Origin: an uncultured Chloroflexia bacterium | GTDB taxonomy: Bacteria > Chloroflexota > Limnocylindria > Limnocylindrales > CSP1-4 | Length of the DNA: 64,000 nt | Assembly (NCBI GenBank): GCA_963752475.1 | Contig: CAVVYR010000008.1 | Span: 544,001-608,000 of the forward strand | Direction of reading: 5' to 3' | Part shown: positions 58,287-64,000 of the stretch, in pieces | How the letters are laid out: every line of letters begins with the position of its first letter | Position numbering within the stretch: position 1 is the first letter of the stretch | Notes under the pieces: model-generated | Seen by the model: the letters and a program-made list of their open reading frames with translations, nothing else | The model's database searches: none | What the model was told of the DNA's origin: nothing | Position numbers and translations under genes: made by a program

Positions 58287-59216
58287 TCAGAGATCTTCGA
58301 TCCGCTGGGGTGTGAGCTTGGGCCCGAACCTGGGAGCCTTGATCCCGGCCCGTTCGATGAGCCGCACCACACGCGCACGCTGGCCGCGATAGGGCTCCAG
58401 GAGCTCCAGCATGCGGGTGTCATCGCCACGTGGCTCGCCGGCCAGCGCCCAGCAGACCGTGTTGGGGATGTGGAAGTCGCCCACGCTCACGGCGTCCGGA
58501 TCCCCGAAGGCCTGCCGTGCGACCTCCGCGGCCGACCAGGCCCCGACCCCCGGGGTCGCGCGTAGTCGAGCGCGAGCAGCCGGCGGGGTCATGTCGACCG
58601 CTTCCTCCAGCCATGCGGCCCGCTCGGCGGCACGGATGAGCGTGATCGCCCGTCGCTGCTCGAGACCGACTGGGTGCAGCTCGTAGTAGGGCAGGGCAGC
58701 GACCACCTCCGGCCGCGGTGCCAGCCGTAGGCCGGCGGGTCCGGGGGCATCCTCGCCCCAGCGCCTGAGGATGCCGAAGTAGGCCCGATGCGCCTGCGCC
58801 GAGGTCACCTTCTGGCAGCAGATCGTCGGCACCAGCGACGGCCAGACCGCGTCGGTGCGCCCGAAGCGGAAGCCAGGCGAGGCGGCAGCCAAGTCCCGTA
58901 GCCTGCCCGCCGGCAGGACCAGGGCGGAGGGGTCGTCCTCCGCACCAAGCAGCCGCGGCACACCCAGCAGCGCAGCCGTTGCACCCGGCCCCCAGGCGGA
59001 GACGCGCCAGCCCTCGCGTGCACGAGCGATGCGTGTGGTCGCCGGACCGTCGGCTGTGCGCGACGCTCGCCAGACCACGCCGCGTTCGAAGCGGATGGTC
59101 GGGTCACCGTGGCCGTGTCGCAGCTCGCCCAGCGTGGCCGCGGGATCGACCTCGAAGTCCAGCCGCACGATCTCATCGACGTCCGGCGTCGCGCCCCCGT
59201 GCGTGTCGCCGGTCAT
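58287..59216 (-). CDS. AlkA-like HhH-GPD DNA glycosylase family protein
   Basis: QKVT, PGVGAWSA, GDPDAVSVGDFH. Confidence 0.85.
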   Translation of the reverse strand: MTGDTHGGATPDVDEIVRLDFEVDPAATLGELRHGHGDPTIRFERGVVWRASRTADGPATTRIARAREGWRVSAWGPGATAALLGVPRLLGAEDDPSALVLPAGRLRDLAAASPGFRFGRTDAVWPSLVPTICCQKVTSAQAHRAYFGILRRWGEDAPGPAGLRLAPRPEVVAALPYYELHPVGLEQRRAITLIRAAERAAWLEEAVDMTPPAARARLRATPGVGAWSAAEVARQAFGDPDAVSVGDFHIPNTVCWALAGEPRGDDTRMLELLEPYRGQRARVVRLIERAGIKAPRFGPKLTPQRIEDL

Positions 59217-60574
59217 GCCGCCGGTGTCACCTCGGCCACGAAGGTCAGGTTCTGACCCAGCGACCACAGCGCCAGCACCGTCATCGCGATCATCAGCGCC
59301 GCCAACGGCCACTGCGCGGTCGACTCACCCTCGCGTCGTCGCTCGCGCACCGCAGCGTGGCCAAGCCAGGCACCCACCACGTGCCCGAGCACGACCGCCA
59401 TGACCTGCACCGTCCACACCGCCGAGCTCGAGAGCCACTCGTCGGCGGGCTCGAAGCGCACGGTGCCGAAGAGGTCCCAGCCCTGCTGGAAGGGGTCGGA
59501 GGCGGCGACGATGATGCGCTGGCCCTCCACCAACAGGTACGTGAGGTAGTGGGCCACGATGTAGCCGACCGCCACGGGCACGAGTCCGGCGCCCATGGCG
59601 GCGTAGCCCACGCGGCGCCCGACGCCGATCACGAGCAGGGCCATGAGTCCGAGGAAGCCGATGAGCAGGAGGCTGTCGGTCACCGGGTGCACGCCGCCGA
59701 AGACGTCGTCGAACGGCTGCGTCTGCGAGACCCCGTCCCAGATGACCGAGCCGACGCCGACCGCTACCACCGCCAGCAGCGAGGCCGACCATGGCTCGTG
59801 GGTCAGCGCCCGACCGAAGGGGCGTCGCTGCACCTGGCCGTCGCGGCGGCGGCCCAGCAGCCCGTACGGCGCGAGCCGGCCGAGCAGCCCGAACCAGACG
59901 CTGAAGACCTCGCCGTGAACGCGCCAGCGATGCTTGCCGTACCAGGCCATGCCCACGAGGGTGATGAGGGTGTAGCCGAGCAGTACCAACCCCAGCTCGC
60001 GGCCGCCGCCCACGTTGGAGTCGAGCTCGAGCCAGACGAAGAAGCCGAACGTGACCGCCGCGGGCCAGGCCTGCGTGCGCTGGTGCCAGGGGGCTCGTCC
60101 CGGCAGGCGCAGGCCGGTCGGTCGCACGATGGCGGCGATGAGGTCGTGGAGCGTCGTGAATGGGTCGAGCCAGGCCCAGGCCGGCCCCAGCAGCGCGCTC
60201 AGCAGCGCCAGACCGATCCAGCCGTAGACCCACAGGATGATCGAGCCCACCTCGGCGTCGCTGATGCCGCCGGCGACGGCTTGGGCCACGACCCAGAGCC
60301 AGGCCAGCAGTCCGATCGCGCGCAGCAGCCAGCGGATCGGCCGCCAGACCGTGCGCACCCGACCTGGCTCCGGTTCAGGCGCAGGTCGGTCGTCTCCGAA
60401 GGCCACGAACACGAACGACAGCGCCACCGCGATCGCGGCACCAGCGAGGTAGGCCGCGAAGGGCAGTGGCGCATCGACGTCGCCGTGCAAGGTGTGCGCG
60501 CTGGCAGGTGTCGCGGCAAGCAACAAGAGCACGGCCACGGACCCCGCCACGCGGAGCGTTCGGTTCCACCTCAT
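59213..60574 (-). CDS. Conserved polytopic membrane protein with 'AH' N-terminus
   Basis: 'AH.L...DAPLP', 'VP.A.GY..AHY', 'DPF..GW', 'GHV.G....H'. Confidence 0.75.
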   Translation of the reverse strand: MRWNRTLRVAGSVAVLLLLAATPASAHTLHGDVDAPLPFAAYLAGAAIAVALSFVFVAFGDDRPAPEPEPGRVRTVWRPIRWLLRAIGLLAWLWVVAQAVAGGISDAEVGSIILWVYGWIGLALLSALLGPAWAWLDPFTTLHDLIAAIVRPTGLRLPGRAPWHQRTQAWPAAVTFGFFVWLELDSNVGGGRELGLVLLGYTLITLVGMAWYGKHRWRVHGEVFSVWFGLLGRLAPYGLLGRRRDGQVQRRPFGRALTHEPWSASLLAVVAVGVGSVIWDGVSQTQPFDDVFGGVHPVTDSLLLIGFLGLMALLVIGVGRRVGYAAMGAGLVPVAVGYIVAHYLTYLLVEGQRIIVAASDPFQQGWDLFGTVRFEPADEWLSSSAVWTVQVMAVVLGHVVGAWLGHAAVRERRREGESTAQWPLAALMIAMTVLALWSLGQNLTFVAEVTPAA

Positions 60575-60623
60575 CTGTACAGATGAGCCTAGCAGCGCTA
60601 TGGGGCGGGACTACACTGCGCGC

Positions 60624-60944
60624 ATGCCCAAGTACAGGAAGGTCGACGCCGAGCTCATGGACAACCCGCCCAAGCCGAAGCCACGCGGTCGTCCCATCAG
60701 CCCCGAGCAGCAGGCGTTGATCAACCGCATCAAGAAGATCACTGACGAGACCGTGGTGTACGAGGCCGTCGTGGGGCCCGACGAGAAGCCGGCCACCGTG
60801 CGTGCGCAGATCATGCGTGCGTCCAAGCTGGCCGGCGTCGAACTCGCCGTCAAGAAGTCGCCCGACGGCTTCTACTTCGGCCTGATGACGCCCAAACGCA
60901 AGTCCAAGCGCGGCCGACCGCGCAAGGACACCGGAGCCAAGTAG
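60624..60944 (+). CDS. Small basic protein with AT-hook motifs
   Basis: PRGRP and KRGRPRK; Lys-rich. Confidence 0.7.
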   Translation: MPKYRKVDAELMDNPPKPKPRGRPISPEQQALINRIKKITDETVVYEAVVGPDEKPATVRAQIMRASKLAGVELAVKKSPDGFYFGLMTPKRKSKRGRPRKDTGAK

Positions 60945-61316
60945 CTGGCCGCCGCGGGCGGCGGGCCGGTCATCCAGGTCTTCGGCCGCAACGACTCACA
61001 GACGACGCGACGGGCGCAGCGCTTCTTCAAGGAGCGGCGCATGCCCATCGCCTTGGTCGATCTGAAGAAGCGGCCGCCAGCACCGGGTGAGCTCAAGCGC
61101 TTCGCTCAGAAGTTCGGAGCTCGGGCGCTGTTGGACGAGGACTCGAAGGCCTACAAGAAGGCCAACCTCGGCTATCTCACCATGGGTGACAGCGAGGTCT
61201 TCGATCGCGTCATCGCCGAACCGAAGCTGCTGCGGCTCCCGCTCGTGCGTTACGGCAACGAGCTCACCATCGGTGTCGACGAGGAGACCTGGAAGGCCTG
61301 GCACCAGGCCGGCTGA
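60945..61316 (+). CDS. ArsC/Spx/YffB-like protein lacking CxxC
   Basis: IQVFG....TRRA.RFFKER; P.LLRLPLVR; no ATG/GTG/TTG before the conserved N-terminus, CTG at 60945 has a GGAG RBS. Confidence 0.75.
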   Translation: MAAAGGGPVIQVFGRNDSQTTRRAQRFFKERRMPIALVDLKKRPPAPGELKRFAQKFGARALLDEDSKAYKKANLGYLTMGDSEVFDRVIAEPKLLRLPLVRYGNELTIGVDEETWKAWHQAG

Positions 61317-61382
61317 GTCGCTACCCGCTCAGCCGCCGGCGCGGATCGAGGCCGCCGTGGGTCACGGCCGCTGTGGGTCAGG

Positions 61383-63140
61383 CTAGAAGGGCCGGAGGCT
61401 ACCCCACGCGAACTTGACCGTGCGGTCGGGGCCGGGTGTGACCGAGAAGTAGCGGCTCTTGAGCACACGGATGCGCGTGTTGCCGCGCTTGGCTGTGAAG
61501 AGCACGAAGTCCTCGCGGCCGTCGAAGTCCACGTCGGCAGCGATCAGGCGAGTCCTCGTCACGGGGATGGGATCCCTCTTGGGCGCGACCCACAGCCTGG
61601 CCCGTTTGAAACCGCCGCGCCTCAGGCCCTGCAATCGCTCGACGGCCGTTCGCACCTTGGTGCCATTGAGCATCATCACGTCGTCGCGACCATCACGGTT
61701 GGCATCGCCCACGGTCATCTTGACCTTCGCCGGCGTCAGGGTCGGATCCTGCCAGCGGATCCTGTACTCGTCCGTGCGCGGGAGACTGCCCGGCAGGGGG
61801 CTCTTCGTCACTGCGGTCTTCAGGCGCACGCCGTTCACGTTCTCGCGCACCACGAGGTCGCTGCGGCCATCGCCACTGAGATCGGCCAACCATACGCTCG
61901 CGACATCGTCGAAGTCCTGGCGCTCGGCCCACCACACGACCGGATCGCTCAGTTTCGTGGAGTTGCTGAACCTGGATCGCTTGAGCACGACCATGCGTGA
62001 GTTCCCGGCACTCTCGCCTCGACCGAAGATGGCCAGGTCCTCGCGGCCGTCAGCATGGAAGTCGCCGATGAGCAACTGCGCGCCGTTGACGGGCACGATC
62101 GTGTCGCCCTGCCACCACGTCTCGGGCGTGCCGAAGTTGACGCCATCGCTGAGCGCGACCCAGATGCGCCCGCTGGTGCCGCCGGTCTTCTTGAGCCAGG
62201 CCAGGTCATGCCGGCCGTCGCCGTCGAGGTCGCCGAGTGCGTGATCGACGAGGTCGTCGGTAGTGATGTTCACGCCGGCGTGGGTACCGGGCTCGGGTGC
62301 GGCCTGACCCAGGGTGAACACGCGCGTGGTGCGCTGGCCGGGAATCTGCTCCATGGCCAGTGCGTCGCCGTGCTTGGTGCCGACCACGTCGTGGGCGCCC
62401 GGCGTCACGATCTCGAGCGCCGGGTTGAGGTACTTGCGCAGGATCTCGCGGTACTTGAGCCCGATCGAGCCGCACTTCTTGGTGCTGTTGTGGAAGAGCT
62501 TGAAGCCGCCTGCGTCAGCACCGCAGGGGACAGCGCTCGAGCCGGCCCGGTAGCCGGTCAGGAAGAAGCGGCTACTCGAGGTCTTGTAGCGGTACTTCCG
62601 CAGCGACTGATCCCAGGTCTGGTCCATGGCCGCGCGGATCTTGGAACCCTCGGCTGGCCATCTCGGCGTCCCGGGCCCGAACTTCTCGGGCCGATACCAC
62701 TGGTCGGTGGTGGAGTCGACGACGTCGTAGCACTGCTTCACGCCGTCCTTCCACTTGGTGCCGCCGCGGTAGTACTTGACGTGATACCAGGCGAACTGCT
62801 TGGTCGCGACGGCGCCGGCCTTGATCGTCTCGAGGGGATACTTCTCCGGCCACTCCGCGGCCATGACCGTGGCCACGTACTCGTAGAAGTCGACCGTCTG
62901 GACGGTGCCGTCGAGGTCGGAAGCCGGGCTGGTCGCGGCGGTCCGCAGGACCCGGATGGTCTGCGGCGGCGACATCACGCTGGGCCAGTCAGTGCACTTC
63001 CCGGGCGAGGCGTCGAAGGACAGCTCGACCCGCGGCTCAGGCGGTGCGATGGCAGCGCTGGCAGGCAAGGCGAAGGCGATGACGACGAGCAGGCTTGACA
63101 ACACGGCGACGAGCCCGCGCGCCGGCTGGGGACGGCGCAT
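61383..63140 (-). CDS. Secreted SpoIID/LytB-domain protein with FG-GAP repeats
   Basis: 'YVA.VM.AEW....LE.IKAGAVA', 'DST.DQ.Y'; GD.DGDGR.D repeats. Confidence 0.8.
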   Translation of the reverse strand: MRRPQPARGLVAVLSSLLVVIAFALPASAAIAPPEPRVELSFDASPGKCTDWPSVMSPPQTIRVLRTAATSPASDLDGTVQTVDFYEYVATVMAAEWPEKYPLETIKAGAVATKQFAWYHVKYYRGGTKWKDGVKQCYDVVDSTTDQWYRPEKFGPGTPRWPAEGSKIRAAMDQTWDQSLRKYRYKTSSSRFFLTGYRAGSSAVPCGADAGGFKLFHNSTKKCGSIGLKYREILRKYLNPALEIVTPGAHDVVGTKHGDALAMEQIPGQRTTRVFTLGQAAPEPGTHAGVNITTDDLVDHALGDLDGDGRHDLAWLKKTGGTSGRIWVALSDGVNFGTPETWWQGDTIVPVNGAQLLIGDFHADGREDLAIFGRGESAGNSRMVVLKRSRFSNSTKLSDPVVWWAERQDFDDVASVWLADLSGDGRSDLVVRENVNGVRLKTAVTKSPLPGSLPRTDEYRIRWQDPTLTPAKVKMTVGDANRDGRDDVMMLNGTKVRTAVERLQGLRRGGFKRARLWVAPKRDPIPVTRTRLIAADVDFDGREDFVLFTAKRGNTRIRVLKSRYFSVTPGPDRTVKFAWGSLRPF

Positions 63141-63241
63141 CGCGACCGACGGTAGCGCACGCGCTCGGTTTGCACAGGCCCCAGTGGTGCCTGAGCGCAC
63201 CATGACCATCGGTTCGACGAGCTTTCCGTTACGCTCACGCG

Positions 63242-64000
63242 ATGCACATCTCGATCGTCGGCGCTGGCTACGTCGGCCTCGTTACCGCTGCCTGTCTTGC
63301 CCACGTGGAGCACCGCGTGACGTGTCTGGACGTCGACCAGGCACGCATCGAGCGACTGCGTCGTGGTGACCTGCCGGTGCACGAGCCCGGTCTCGACGAT
63401 CTGGTGTCAGAGGGTCTGGCCAACGGCCGCCTGAGCTTCGCATCCGACTACGTCGCGATGTGCGGGACCGACCTCATCATCGTGGCCGTGGGCACGCTCG
63501 ATGCGGACGAGGAGTGGGACGGCACCATCGTGCGCGCCGCCGTCCGGGCCATCGCCGAAGGTCGCTCGCTTCCCCGTGACATCGTCATCCGCTCGACGCT
63601 CATGCCCGGCACCGCCGTGGCGCTGGCCGAGGAGATCCGCGAGATCGATCCCGACGTGCGCCTGGCCCACAACCCCGAGTTCACGCGTGAGGCCGTGGCG
63701 GTCAAGGACTTCCTCGAGCCCGACCGTATCGTCGCTGGCGTGGACGGCCACGACGACGGCGGACGAGGCACGGCCCTGGCGCAGGCGCTGCGGCAGCTCT
63801 ACGAACCCTTCGACGCGCCGTTCATCGTGACCGACCTCACGAGTGCGGAGACGATCAAGGTCGCATCCAACGTCTTCCTCGCGGCCAAGATCACCTTCGC
63901 CAACGAGATCAGCCGCCTCACCGCCGCCACCGGGGCCGATGCCCAGGCCGTGGTCGACGGCATGGGTGCGGACAAGCGCATCGTGCGCAACTTCCTCTCT
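63242..64000 (+). CDS. ugd: UDP-glucose/GDP-mannose dehydrogenase (runs off the window)
   Basis: MHISIVGAGYVGL, HEPGL, VAVGT, NPEF.RE, AETIK...N.FLA.KI.FANE. Confidence 0.9.
   Translation, partial: MHISIVGAGYVGLVTAACLAHVEHRVTCLDVDQARIERLRRGDLPVHEPGLDDLVSEGLANGRLSFASDYVAMCGTDLIIVAVGTLDADEEWDGTIVRAAVRAIAEGRSLPRDIVIRSTLMPGTAVALAEEIREIDPDVRLAHNPEFTREAVAVKDFLEPDRIVAGVDGHDDGGRGTALAQALRQLYEPFDAPFIVTDLTSAETIKVASNVFLAAKITFANEISRLTAATGADAQAVVDGMGADKRIVRNFLS

Overview
High-GC bacterial chromosome segment; gene content suggests Chloroflexota or an actinobacterium-like lineage (inference). 1-31.5 kb is housekeeping: an Rrf2/IscR-controlled sufC-sufS-sufU plus moeZ-cysO-cysM-mec sulfur operon, a BMP-type nucleoside ABC transporter with a deaminase, an ECF transporter with a nucleoside hydrolase, icd, tag and others. 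52-64 kb is also housekeeping (ribA, SDR, solA, AlkA-like glycosylase, ugd). Between them (~31.6-49.2 kb) is an array of 16 mostly single-gene cassettes, 15 encoding predicted secreted proteins. The cassettes are separated by a modular ~190-bp repeat made of: (A) a c-di-GMP-II-like riboswitch with variant pocket residues (10 full-length, 3 damaged copies); (C) a promoter-like box; (B) a ~46-bp hairpin/dif-like site (13 copies plus one half-site, all in direct orientation, also bracketing genes on the opposite strand); (D) a conserved tail after the stop codon. Unrelated cargo domains share an 'MRTLR..L.G' signal peptide and '..AE*' ends. No recombinase gene is visible in the window. One cassette is split by an intact IS630, and the array ends at IS1182-like and IS481-like remnants. 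All calls are from reading the sequence by eye; no database searches were run.
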